From positions 418,448 through 482,447 of the forward strand of contig NW_008246082.1 in the NCBI RefSeq assembly GCF_000281045.1: a DNA stretch of 64,000 nt. Direction: 5' to 3'. Shown in pieces: positions 37,311 through 49,475 of this stretch. The notes below the pieces were generated by a model. That model had not been told where the DNA came from. It saw nothing but the letters and a program-made list of their open reading frames with translations, and did no database searches. This DNA comes from Saprolegnia diclina VS20 (Eukaryota). The position numbers and the translations under genes are program-made. Position 1 is the stretch's first letter. Each line of letters begins with the position of its first letter.

Positions 37311-38048
37311 TCAATGTACAAACATGAACCGGGGCGGAATGGGTGCGAACGCGATGCGCAGTGGCGTCTTGTCAGTGAAGGCAGAGGTGCCCAGTGGCCC
37401 GACCTGCACCCCACGAAGCGAGTACTCGAGATAGTGCAGCACGTGCAGTGCGCTGTCAACCGGCTTTGCGAACGGGTCCCACGACGCCCCTTCAAACTGA
37501 AACCACGAGTCGTTCCGTGCGGTCGTACCGACCAAGATCGTGTCGAGCAGCGGGCCTTGCGGCACAGCGTACTGCGGCGCGGCCGAGTAATGCGACGAGA
37601 TGCGCGCGTACGCTTGGCCCGAGACGTTTTGGAGCAAATCGTAGTAGTAGCCGCGATCGTCGGCGACGACCACGTGCGCGCCGCGAAGAATCTCCATGAG
37701 GAGGTGGCTCTGTCGGTCGACGAGGTGCAAGTAGAGCGTGCCAAGCACCTTGCACTCGCTGTCAAGCATCGCCGACGACACGCGAGGCCGCTGGATGGCC
37801 GCGTGCACGAGACCGTTCTCGCCATGTAGCAAGGTGGCGTGACGGAGGTCCTGGACGACGCGGAGCAGTGTGGCCTCGAGCGACATGCGCTGCATGATCG
37901 AAACGACCATGCACGTCGTCATGCTACTGAGGAGAAGCAGAAGAAGGTACAAGAGCGGCAAGCGTCCGCGTCGCTGGTGTCTCTTTGGTGGAAGCAGCGC
38001 GCGATCGACGCTGGTCAGTGGCAGCGATCGCTGCTCGGGAAGCGGCAT
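37311..38048 (-). CDS. Membrane-anchored protein with conserved unassigned domain (paralog B)
   Basis: Same layout and motifs as 34566-35372. Start placed at MPLPEQ. Confidence 0.75.
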   Translation of the reverse strand: MPLPEQRSLPLTSVDRALLPPKRHQRRGRLPLLYLLLLLLSSMTTCMVVSIMQRMSLEATLLRVVQDLRHATLLHGENGLVHAAIQRPRVSSAMLDSECKVLGTLYLHLVDRQSHLLMEILRGAHVVVADDRGYYYDLLQNVSGQAYARISSHYSAAPQYAVPQGPLLDTILVGTTARNDSWFQFEGASWDPFAKPVDSALHVLHYLEYSLRGVQVGPLGTSAFTDKTPLRIAFAPIPPRFMFVH

Positions 38049-38667
38049 GCACGTGCACCGCGCGCCAAGAAGCGTCGTCTGTTCCACTGGTCCGCAACCG
38101 CTCGGACGCGGTTTCAAAATGGCGCGCCAACGCGCTGCCACGTCATGTGGCGATATTTTGAAACGGCGCTGTCGCGTGCACAAAGGCCGTTAAGAGCGCA
38201 GATGAGATTCAACAAGTACCCCGCATGCGGGAGTACCCTTTCATTCTCGCCATCGATCAGGCTGCTGGCAACATCAGTGGGTTCTAATATTGGTTCTTGA
38301 CCTGACACCAAGACATGCTTAGGGTATTATACTGTGCCTGCATCTGCAGTCGGTACTCGGTGGTGACACGTCCACTCGTCGCTGAGCCAGCACAAGGAGC
38401 ATCGAGGCACAATTGCCCTCGCCTAGGCAAAAGCCGTTTTGCTTGGACTTGGCGTCTGGAAATCCTGGTCTGGAAACAATCGGCCTCCAGATCTGGTATC
38501 CGGATATTGACAGCCGATCTCATCGATGAGTTGGTTGTGCAAGGAAGTTGAAGTTGATGGCCACGGCGTATACTCAACGCAAGTGCCACGTATCGTCCGG
38601 ATACCGCATCCGCTGTTGTGGTGCACGGTCAAACGGTCAGATCGCCACCCGCTTGCTCGTCTCGACG

Positions 38668-39648
38668 ATGGGCCACTCGACGCCGATCGCCGACATTGTC
38701 GACTGCCACCACCACTACTACGACGTCGACCGGCCGTGCTACCGCTTCCTTCACTCGCTCGGCGCGTCTTCGTACTTTCCAGAGCAGTACGCGGCGGAAG
38801 CGGGCGACCTTCCGATCCGCCGCACTATCCACATCGACGCGATGCCCGACGACGGCCTTGGCGAAGTCCAGTGGCTCGAGTCGCTGATCGCAGCCGGCCG
38901 GGCACCGACGCTCGCGGGTATCGTCGCCTCCTGCGACCTCTCGCAGCCGGACGTCGAGAGTCAGCTGCGCGCGCTGGTTACCGCCTCGTCGCGTGTCCGT
39001 GGCGTCCGCTTCATGCTCGACTACGACGGTCCGTTCGACGGCAAGAACGCAACCCACATCGCGTGCTCGCGCCATGACACGGACTTTCTTCGCGACACGA
39101 ACGGCGCGGCCGAGCGCTTTGCGCGCGGGTACGCCCTCCTCGCAAAGTACAAACTGTCGTTTGACCTCCAGTGCTGCCCGGCGCAGCTCGAGGCCGCGGC
39201 GGGGCTGGCTGCCAAGCACCCAGGCGTGCCCGTGGTCATCGACCATCTCGGCAAGCTGCGCCGGCTCGCGCTCGACGGTGGTGCCGAGGACGCGGCCAAG
39301 CTCGCGCAGTGGCGCGCCGGGATGGCGGCGATGGCGGCGCTACCCCATGTCTACGTCAAGCTCTCGATGTTTGGCTACATGGTGCCGCAGTGGCACACAG
39401 ATGCGGCGAAAGAGGCGTATCTGAAGACCCTCGTGTGCGAGGTCATCGATCTCTTTGGCGCTGATCGCTGCATGGTCGACTCCAACTGGCACCAGAACGG
39501 CGCCGCAGCCGACTCGGACGGTCTCGACGCGACGGGCCCGAGCATGGCCGAGCTGTTTGCCAAGGTGCAGTCGTGGGTTGCCGACTACGACGAGACGAGC
39601 CAGCAGCAGCTTTTTAGCTTGACGGCCGCTACGTTTTACCGCGTGTAA
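38668..39648 (+). CDS. Amidohydrolase_2 family TIM-barrel hydrolase (sugar-lactonase/LigI-like), intronless
   Basis: IVDCHHHYYD, RVRGVR, LSFDLQ, VVIDHLG, VYVKLS, FGADRCMVDSNW. Confidence 0.85.
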   Translation: MGHSTPIADIVDCHHHYYDVDRPCYRFLHSLGASSYFPEQYAAEAGDLPIRRTIHIDAMPDDGLGEVQWLESLIAAGRAPTLAGIVASCDLSQPDVESQLRALVTASSRVRGVRFMLDYDGPFDGKNATHIACSRHDTDFLRDTNGAAERFARGYALLAKYKLSFDLQCCPAQLEAAAGLAAKHPGVPVVIDHLGKLRRLALDGGAEDAAKLAQWRAGMAAMAALPHVYVKLSMFGYMVPQWHTDAAKEAYLKTLVCEVIDLFGADRCMVDSNWHQNGAAADSDGLDATGPSMAELFAKVQSWVADYDETSQQQLFSLTAATFYRV

Positions 39649-40252
39649 TGCTACTGTGTCGATGTTCTAGTCGGTTCTTGCCAACGCACCAGAACGGGAG
39701 GATTCCTGCGCCACTGCCCCCTATCATGTGGCCAGAGCTCCATGTCTCGTCGGCGGCGACAGCTCCTTCGTACTGGTACTCGCACGCCGTCGAAGCGTCG
39801 TGAGTCATCGCAGGCGCCATCACCACCCAAGCCACCAGCATCTCGGTCGCGGACGCATCGCACCCGACATATTCGCTCCGGACAAGGCCACTTCCTGCAG
39901 GTGGTTGCACGACGGGTGCTCTGCCGCCAGCGTCGAGCGCATGCGTCTCGAGGCCAGTACATTCTCTATCGAAAGAAGCTGGTGGTCGTCGCGCCGTGCT
40001 GCAAGATGGCGCGCGTCGCGCAGACCGCCTGCACCAAGAGTCTGCAGCACCACCGCTATGGTTACTGTGCAAGAACCGGAGGAGAGGCCAGACGGGTGTG
40101 ACATAAACGTCAAGTGGCACAGAAGGCCGCGCCCCTTCCGTTGCGACGGAGCTGCTTGAATCAGGTTGACGTTTCGGCACAGCGCCCAAGAAGATCGCCC
40201 AGTCTTGCTTTGCAGCCAGACAGAAATACAGTACTTGCGAGGTAGTAGTCGT

Positions 40253-41309
40253 ATGTGCCCGACGGCGCCCGCCACGACGCTACTCGTGCTCGAGGCCATC
40301 ACGGCCGTCGTCGTCGCCTGGCGCGTCGCCTACCACGTGCGCATCGAGAGCCATTGGCGCCGCACGACCCTGCACCTCGTACGTCGTCGCCTCATATCGT
40401 CTTGGTGTTGTTGACGCAGCGTAGGTGCTACTGCTCGCATGCATCGGGCGCCTCGTCTTTTGGCTTGGCCTCCGCGACGACGACGACGCGACAGGAGCCA
40501 ATCGCTTTGCCATCGGGCTCGGGCTCCTCTGCGTCGCATGGGCTGCCACGTACGTATGCGTCACCGAGGTTGTTGTGCAATGGTCGACGGCCCTCGCCGC
40601 CGGCCGCGTCTCGCACGGCCAGCCCGCCTGCGCCAATCTCGGCGTCCACAGCCTCGTCGCGCTCAACGCCCTCCATGCGTTGACGCTTGTCGTCTGCCCG
40701 TTTCTCCTTCCGCGCAGTGCGTCGCGGGCGGACACGCTGCGCTTTCTCGACGACCATCCCGCGGCCGTGCGGTCGATTGCGATCGTGCACATTGCGACCG
40801 GCGTTGCTAATGCCGTCGCGACCGCCGTCGTCGGCGCGCAGCTGCAAGGCCGCGTCGGTGCGTCGACGCTCCGCCACAAGGACCGGTCCCAGCGCATGAC
40901 GGTGCTCTTCACGCTCTCGCTGGTCCTGGCGCTCGGGCTCGACCTCGGGTACCTCCTCGCGCTTGCGCTGCGCGCCAACGCCGACGCGCTCGTTTGCGCG
41001 TCCAACGCGATTCCCATGATCTTTGTCTCGGGCGTGCTGGTCACGGCGACGTTCCTATATCTCATGCGGCGGCTGTTGCCCAAGACACCAGCGCGGCTCG
41101 TGACGAGTCCGGTCGAGACCGCGCGCTGCGACGCGGCAAGCAGCCAATACCTCTCGGGGCGCCAAACCAGCAACATCCTGCACAGCTACGCCCTCGAGGA
41201 CGACGCGCCATCGTCGGTGCCACCGATCCCGATCATGGGCTACGGCTATGGCTATGATGCGCCAGCCGCTATCTTTTTGAGCGACGTAAGACGAGGCGAT
41301 GTTGTTTAA
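40253..41309 (+). CDS. Hypothetical multi-pass membrane protein (one intron ~40379-40424)
   Basis: Exon 1 MCPTAP...TLHL spliced to VLLLACIGRLVFW; ~7 hydrophobic segments. Confidence 0.6.
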
Positions 41310-41313
41310 GCTG

Positions 41314-43043
41314 CTACGCTGTTGCGGTCGCCGGACGCAGCGCACGGGCGACGTTGGGGAGCCCGTGGCCGTAAATGTTGTTGGGGTACTCGTCGTAGCT
41401 CGTGTTGCCGCAGCGCGACGGCACCAGAATCGGCTTGGAGAGCTTGTGGCTCGTCGTCGCCGCAAGCGCAGTGAGAACATGCGCTGGCACGCACGGCGCG
41501 GGCCCGGCCTTGCATCTACCATGTCGAGCGATGATATCGCCAGGCACGTTGGAGGATGAAGCGCAGTACTGCTGTAGAAGGATCGCCGCCGCACCCGAGA
41601 CGTGCGGTGTCGCCATGGACGTGCCCGTCATGCGCGTAAACTTGGCGTCGTCGTAGCTCGCGGCCGATCGGATGGCGACGCCGGGCGCGACAAAGTCGGG
41701 CTTGACGGCGCCGCCCTTGCCAGGCCCTACTTATGCTAGTCGAATCGCTCGTAGAAGAAAGATCGACGAACTAAATACCTTTGCCGCTACCACCCCAGAG
41801 CGTCTGGGCGCCCACGAGTGCACCGACCGCAACTGCGTTTTGGAGGCAGCCCGGGCACAGGACCGAGCCGCATTCAAAGCCGTTGACATTGCCGCTAGCA
41901 AACACCTAGCCCTGGCATGAGCCAAGAGGAGAAGGACACAAAGCGTGGACGGGGAGGATGTGGGCGTGCGTCCACGCGTCGACCACTTTGTCCATCCAGT
42001 CGATCGAACTGTTGCCGCCAAACGAGTTGGAGACGACGTCGGCGCCGCGGTGGCAGTCGGGCGACGACCCATCCCAGGCCGTCGGGCACATGACCTAGAT
42101 GGTTAGTTGATAGTCTAGTGTCGGGACGAGAGGTAGTACCCATTGCGCTGCGAGGAGGATGTCGCTTTGCTTGGCCGAGCCATCGGCGTTGAAGGGTCGG
42201 GCTGCGATCCACGTGGCCCCGGGCGCGACGCCGACGCCGTCAGCGCCAACCGCTGTTCCCAGCGTGTGCGTGCCGTGGCCCACTTCATCGGCATTGTCCG
42301 GCGTCAGCGTTTGGTTCTGCCCCGCCGCAAGCCAAAACGCATAGTCGTGCTGCCACGTGTGGCCATCGACATAGCCTAGTCAACGGTACAGCAGAACGGC
42401 CACGAGGTGCAAGTTCGTACCGCGGTACGACCGGGCGAGAATGCGGTGCGAGTACCGGACGCCCGAGTCGATGCTCGCGACGGTGACGCCCTTGCCGGTG
42501 AACCCGAGCGCCCACGCCTAGGCTCATTTGAGGCCATGATGACGATCGCCCTCGTACTTCATCAGCATGGAGGTTCTTGATGTTGGCCTGCGGGCTGCTC
42601 GCAAATGGCGCTGCCACGTCAATCGATGGGTTCATCTCGGGTGCGTCCAGGGTGCTGTCGCGCTCGGTCGCGTCCAGATGGATCGTCTCGTCGAGGTGCA
42701 CGGCGCGGACACTCGGCAGCATCGCCAAGTGGCTTGCGACGCGTGACGTCGCGCCGCGCACGAGCATCGTGTTTTGGATCCAGAGCGGGATCATGGTCGC
42801 GAGCGCGAGGTCGGCGGCAACGCGGTCGGTTGCCGCAGCGACGGCCATGTCCCACACCGCATGTTGCTGCGTCGTGTGGCGCTGGTGCAGATGCGCATAC
42901 ACCATCGCCCTCGAGCCGACCGGCGTCGCCGCACTGCTGCCCATCGCCGTGATCGTCTCGTCCAAATGCACGAGCAGGTCGAGGCCTGTGGCCATGCGCG
43001 CGATGCCCAGCAGCGCCAGCATGCTTCGTCCGAGCCGGCCCAT
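41314..43043 (-). CDS. Secreted subtilisin (S8) serine protease with prodomain, multi-exon
   Basis: Catalytic triad motifs GVTVASIDSG, GHGTHTLGT and GTSMATPHVSG; KPDFVAPG; C-terminal PNNIYGHG; N-terminal hydrophobic signal. Confidence 0.9.
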
Positions 43044-43263
43044 CGCGATCTTCTGCCCTCTTTTTTGACTGCTGTTCTTGGAACGTCCCATGAAATCCGG
43101 TCCCAAAGGTCGAGTATTTTAATGTCCTTTTAATGCCTCTCACATACAAACCATTAGTATAATGACCAATGACTATGAAAATAATATTGACCGCTTGCCC
43201 GAATATTCCGGCTGGAATTTGAAGCCCAGTCTCAATCGACAATTCGCACGGGATTACGCAAGC

Positions 43264-45919
43264 ATGGACGGGCAGACGGGCATGAACAACCTCGTCTTCG
43301 TCGGCGGGTCCCTCGCGCTGCTCTTCTGTCTCTGGTACGCATCCAGCTACTGCTTCAAGGCGGACGCGGCTGGCCGCGCGACGCACGACGGCTACGTCGA
43401 CCAAGGGTACGGTCACATTGCGTAGAGGTGCAACGGCTCACTACGCCGCGTAGGGTGCTCGAGTTCATGCCGACGCTTAAGCGTGGCGACATTGAAGAGA
43501 TGTACGTCATGGCGTGGCGCCATCTAGCGGCTCATAGGACGTGCGTTCTAGGCTCCACGAGACCGAGCGCTGGGAGTGCACGGTCTGCGCCTTCCACAAC
43601 GTCGTCGTCCGCACCACGTGCAGCCTCTGTGGCACCAAGAAAGGTACGACCTGCAGTGCCTCGCTGGTGCCAACGCGCCTGGATAGACTGCAAGTTTGTC
43701 GAGGAGAGCCAAGAGATCGACTACGCCAACGCGACGACCGTGTACATGGACGGCGAGGCCAACACGGTCTCGGCCGAGCGCCAGCGCCGCGCCAACCACA
43801 GCGCTTTGAGCGCGCAGACTACGCTCCTCGCACGTCAAAACAGTCTGAGCAAGCTCACGTCGTCGTACTACGTCAAGCAAATGTCGTCCTACTTTTTCAA
43901 TATCGTGCTGCCCGAAGATCTCAACGCGCGCCAGCGCAGTGCGCGGTACACATCCTCACCTATGCGGCCAGTCTCCGAATGACGCGTCTAGGATGCGCAA
44001 GGAGTGGTCGCGCGGCCTCGACACGAACGGACTGCCCTACTGGAAGCGCCACTGCCTCGACGCCCGCCACGTCCCTGCTGCGTTCCTCATTCAGCTCGGT
44101 GGCACCATGGTCGACCATCGCACCTCGCCGCTTCGCTCATATCGCAGTGTAGAAGCACCGGTCATCGCCACCACCCTCGGACGCGGGCAAGGTCCCGTTC
44201 AAGTCGCTGCCGACACTCCAAGAAGAGATCGACCTCCTTGAAGATGCGACGTCGCAACAGCTGCACCGCGTCTCGATCCTCGACGACCTTGAATTGGGCA
44301 ACATTGTGCGCGAGATCGGTCTCGTGCCGTTGGAGCTAGTGGACGCCACGCAGACCGTGATGGGCTCGTCGCTCTCGCCGAGCACGTGGGGCACGCTCAC
44401 GTACCTTGCGAAGCGGTCGTTTAGCGTCAAGTACGCGTGGTTCCTCCACCAAGTCGCCGACCTCCTCATTCCATACACGACCGGGTATTTGAAAATGCGG
44501 ACCAAGCGCGAGCATCTCTTGACCGAAGCCATGGAGAATCTGTTGAGTCTCCAAGACCAAGCGCTCTGCTCGATCATCCGCGTCGAGTTTGACAACGACG
44601 TGGGCATTGACGCCGGTGCAGTCTTGCGCGAGTGGTATGTGCTCGTCTCGGACGCGCTCCTGGCGCCGACGTCGGGCCTCTTTGTGCTCTCGAACCGCGA
44701 CGACAACTCGTACATCCTCAACCCCAACTCGGAGTTTGCTGTCGGGTGCGATATTGCGCTATCCTCGTATAGCGAGAGGACTCAGAGAACGTGTAGGCAG
44801 TACAACATGGACCACTTGGCCGCGTTTGAAGCCATCGGACGCTTCCTTGGCCGCGCCATTCTCGACGGGCAAATGCTCAAGCTGCCCTTCTGCCCCGTGG
44901 TCTTTAAGGGTACGTCGTTCGCTGTGCCTATGTACGAAGGAGCTCATGGTGTCGGGTGCCATTAGCGATGCTTGGGGTGCCCGTCTCGATGGACGACGTT
45001 GAGAGCCTCGATCGTACGCTCTACAAGAGGTCCGCGCGTCGAGCTTGCTTGTGGCTCAGTAATACTTAGTTTGCGCTACCTCCTCGAGAACGACAACGCC
45101 GACGACCTGGCGCTGACCTTTTCCGTCTCGGAGCTCCGCGGCGAGAAGGTCGTTGAAATCGACTTGATCGAAGATGGCCAAGACATCCCTGTCACGGACG
45201 CCAACAAGCACGACTACGTCGACACGCTGGTACGCTTGATACGCTAAGCGAGGCGGTGCGAAGACGACGATGCGTAGGTGCGCTACCTGCTCTTTGAACG
45301 CATTGCGCCACAGCTGCACGCGCTCCTGCGTGGCCTCTACGCCATCGTGCCGCCCGAGCTGTTGATTCCGTTCGACCACAAGGAGGTACTGTCCTGCTCG
45401 AGGTATTTAGAGGTATGGTACTAATCGATGTGGCTAGTTGGAGCTCCTCATGACGGGGCTGGCCGAAATTGACGTCGCCGACTGGGAAGCCAACACGGAA
45501 ACGTCGTCCAACCTCGACGGCTCCCGCGTCCTCGTGGTACGTTTACTCAGTCGAGAAGCATCGAGCTCAGAAGAGCGTAGTGGTTTTGGGAGGTGGTAAG
45601 AGACATGTCGGACGACGACCAAGCCAAGCTACTCCAGTTCTGCACCGGCTCATCGCGCGTGCCTGTCCAAGGCTTCAAAGGTACCTCAGATACGCCGTAC
45701 AGTAGAAGCGAACACGAAGCTGGCGTAGGCTTGACGAGCTACGATGGACGCATTTGTAACTTCACACTCAAGGGCATGCCGTACCGGTCGGGCATGTACC
45801 CGGTCGCGCACGCATGCTTCAACCGCCTCGACCTGCCACTGTACCCCATGAAGGAGCTGCTGCAGGACGCGTTGGCGATGCTGCTGCTCTCGGACCCGAC
45901 CGGCTTCAACATCCAGTAG
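43264..45919 (+). CDS. HECT E3 ubiquitin ligase with N-terminal TM and RanBP2-type zinc finger, multi-exon
   Basis: TM LVFVGGSLALLFCLWY; WECTVCAFHN....TCSLCGT. HECT motifs GIDAGAVLREW, IGRFLGRAI, LLQFCTGSSRVP and PVAHACFNRLDLP (catalytic Cys). Confidence 0.9.
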
Positions 45920-46068
45920 ACCCTTCTCTATTTTATTTGTCATTTATTGGAATTTCGGGTATTTTATTGTGGACCCTACCCGCGATCTGCGAAGCTCAAA
46001 ACGTCAAACTCAAAAAGGGCGGAAACGGCTGGCGTCTATTTTGGATCGACAACATAGGACCGAGGTGC

Positions 46069-49000
46069 ATGGAGGCAGCGACGCCGACGACCCGCGCGAC
46101 CAGCGACGCCGACTCGCAGCCGACGACGATCGGGTCGACCTTGGGGCTCAGCGACGGCCTCGCATCACCCACCGCGAGCGATCTGCCCGCGACGCTCGAA
46201 GCCCGACAAAGCGGAAGATGCATCGGGCCGCTCAAGGAGCTCTACCTCCTCGTCCGGAGCGGGTCGGGCCAGCTGCTGCTGACGACGATCGTGGCGACGG
46301 CAGCCGCGTCCATCTTCTCCGTCGTGCTCTTCATTTGCGCCATCGCGTTCCGGGACAAGACCAACAACGGGCCGCTCCAGCTCCCGTCGGGCGTGCTTCT
46401 CGGGTCGATTGGTACGCTCATCATGTCGCTCCTCGTGCTGCTCTCGTACCGGTACCTCCCAGCCTGCCGCAACCACTCCAACATCCTCCTCCTCAACCGA
46501 AGGTATACGCATTCCCCTATGCCTGCCTCGTCTGCCATGATGCTAGCATCTGCGACCTCCTTCTCGCCGTCTCATTCTTGCTCGAACCGCTCTGGAACAT
46601 GGCGGGCGGCGGTATCCAGCCCCACCTGTCGTGCCGATGGGTCCCAAAAGAGTAATGTGGCGATATATCAAGTTTCTTTGCGTAGCTCTCGGCGACGCGC
46701 GAGTACTTGATCATGGCGTCCATGTGCTGGGAACTTTGCATGGCGCTTGACCTCTTTGCTCTCGTACACTACATTTGTCTTCTCTACTACCCGCGCGGGA
46801 GACATCTCATCGGACCATTGTCGTATTAGCTCAACGACCCGTTCACGTCGCCGCGCAAGAACCGGCGCAAGTACCAGCTGATCGTCCATGCGTCGGGTAC
46901 GGTGTCTGGAGGAAGATGCGGTCTGAGAAGCCTCGCAGGGCTCGTGGCGGCGATCGTCATGCTCTCGGACGACCGCTTCTACGGTGTCTCGGTCGGTGAC
47001 TTTTGCTGGGTCAAGTGCAGCCGCCTCGCCAGCAGCAGCTTTGTGGCGGTCGATGCTGGCATCTGGGTCTTTATCGCGCTGCCCGTGACCATCTTTATTG
47101 GCACCAACGTCTACGTCTGCACCATCTCGATGAAGCGGTGGGCGCTATATATGTACATTTTGGAGTCAAACCGGGATTAGGTTTCGGGGTGGCATTGAAG
47201 CCACTCTGGACCACCGCCGGACGCTTCTCCGCGAAGGCTTCTTGACTACCGTCGCGTTCATCTTGTACTGGATGGTGCTCTGGGGTCTCTACGTGGCCTT
47301 TTGGCTCGCAACGAACAACGACGTGCTCAAGGAGCTCTTTGGCTTTCTCCTCTCGTTCCGGGGCAGCGTCGTCTTCTTCCTCTGGATCCTCTACAGCACG
47401 AGCGACAAAAACATCAAGCAGGTTCAATTCCCAGCCACGCATTGGAGTGGATTCTGACCCAACCTCGAACCTCTAGTCGGTGGCCGAGAGAGAAGACGCA
47501 ACTCGAGCGCAAACCAACTATGCACTTTTGAAAGAGCTGGTGTTTTACACCACGTGCGGCATCACAAAAGCCGTCCAAGTCGCCAACAAGCGGTTCGAAC
47601 CCCACCTTTTCTGCCATTTTATAACTTTTTGTTTTTTGTTTGGTGCTGTAGCCAGTCGCTCGAGCTCGGTGAAGCGTCCATCTTCACCGTGCACCCGCCG
47701 CAGCACGAGCACGCGCTCTTCTCGTGCCAAGAATGCAAGTTTACCGACTTCAAACCCGAAGTGTTTGGCAAGCTCCGCGAGTGCTTTAGCATCGACGAAC
47801 GCCAATTTATTTCGTCCTTTGCCGACTGCAGCATCCCCAAAGTCTCGGAAGGCTCGAGCGGCGCCTTCATGTTCTTCACAACCAACGGCGCGTACATCGT
47901 CAAGAGCCTCACGAAGCGCGAGAGCACCTTCTTGGACAGCATTACCGATGCGTACGCGGCCTACGTCAGCAAACACCCCATGACGTTCTTGACGCGGATC
48001 CTCGGAAGCTACTCGATGGAGCTCTACGGCCGGGTACGTCGCTTCCAAGATGACGCTAGTGTTTAATATCAAGGTGTCAAGACGTCCTATTTCGTCGTCA
48101 TGGAGAACCTCTTCGACAAGCAGCACGCGGTGCACCACCGGTACGACATCAAAGGCTCGTGGGTCGACCGGAACGCCGAGAAGGCGCGGTATGGCGCCGA
48201 AGCCACGTGTCGGTACGTCACCTTGCACGCGGTAGACGCTGGTAGATATGGACACGGTAGGTACTGCAACATGGCGTTTCGAAGCGGTGCGCGCGATACG
48301 TGCCCCAACCGCGCGGGCTTTCACTCGCCCAACGTCGTGCTCAAGGACATGGACTTGACAACCAAGGTCGCCGTGATCCTATTATGGGTTGCGTCATCCC
48401 AAGCGTAGGTCCGCCTCGGGCACGGACACGGCGCCGCTGTGCTCACGCAGCTCAAGAAAGACAGCGATTTCCTCTGCGAGAAAGGCATCATGGACTACAG
48501 TCTCCTCCTCGGTGTCATTGAAGTGCGCTTCCAAGTCAACGTCCAGAGCATCTTGCGCGATGAGATCGACACGCTGCCATTGCCGTCCCTCGACGTCCTC
48601 AGCGCCGTCTCGACGATGCGCACGTCGCAGCGCGCGGTCGCCAAGCAGTCGATCGCGTGCCTTCGGTCCGCCGATGTCGTTGTCGGCCCGGGCTTTTACT
48701 ACATTGGCTTGATCGACATTCTGCAAACGTGGACGCTCGAGAAGCGGTTCGAGCGGTGGGTCAAGACGCTGCTACTGCGCAAGGACCCAGACGGCATCTC
48801 GGCGCTGCCGCCCAAGGCCTACCGGTACCATCCCACCACTTTAAAGCAAACGATTCACACGGTGTCGATGGTGTAGCGACCGGTTCCATAAGCGTCTCGA
48901 CGAGATCTTCCATGTCAGCGGCGCTGATGGCCCGTCGCCGCTCGACGTGACGACCAACGCGGACGCTTCGCTGCCGACTAATGCCAAGATCTTTCCGGTC

Positions 49001-49147
49001 GAGTCGGTCGTCAACGAGCTCAAGCCGTCGTTTAGCTTCCGGAACAACGTGTGGCAAACCGACGAAGCGCTTGACGATGCGATCGGGCGCTCGGTCGTCA
49101 AAACCGACGTCGATGGCACCGAAGCGTCGGGTCGCGTCGACGTATAA
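46069..49147 (+). CDS. GPCR-phosphatidylinositol phosphate kinase (oomycete GK family), multi-exon
   Basis: 7TM region (LLLNRSICDLL, LNDPF, GDFCWVK) followed by PIPK motifs DFKPEVFGKLR, GSSGAFMFFT, VMENLF, YDIKGS, LKDMDL, IMDYSLLLG and GLIDILQ. Confidence 0.92.
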
Positions 49148-49475
49148 CGTCACATTCTTCTTACTCGATACTCCCAATTCAGTATATGAACGTACTCCCA
49201 ACCTGCAAAAGGTCTCTCCTTGGGTGGACCAGATATCTGCGTGTTCTACGTCGCACCAAGGCATCGAACCTTTATGGCCTCGGTAGCAATGACAATATTC
49301 TCCACACGCTAATTGGGCACGCATTATGTCGAGGACATGTGTAGTTTGTGTACAAATTGCACTATCGCAAAAGAAGTGATCATTCTCTTGGTCATGTAGC
49401 AGTCAAGTCCGGATAAACACAATCGCAGTGTCCGGATACAGAGCAAAGTGCAAAGAGAGTGCAAGAGCGTCATGC

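Noticed and set aside
39650..40250. ORFs on both strands between the amidohydrolase and the membrane protein
   Set aside because: No motifs or convincing codon bias
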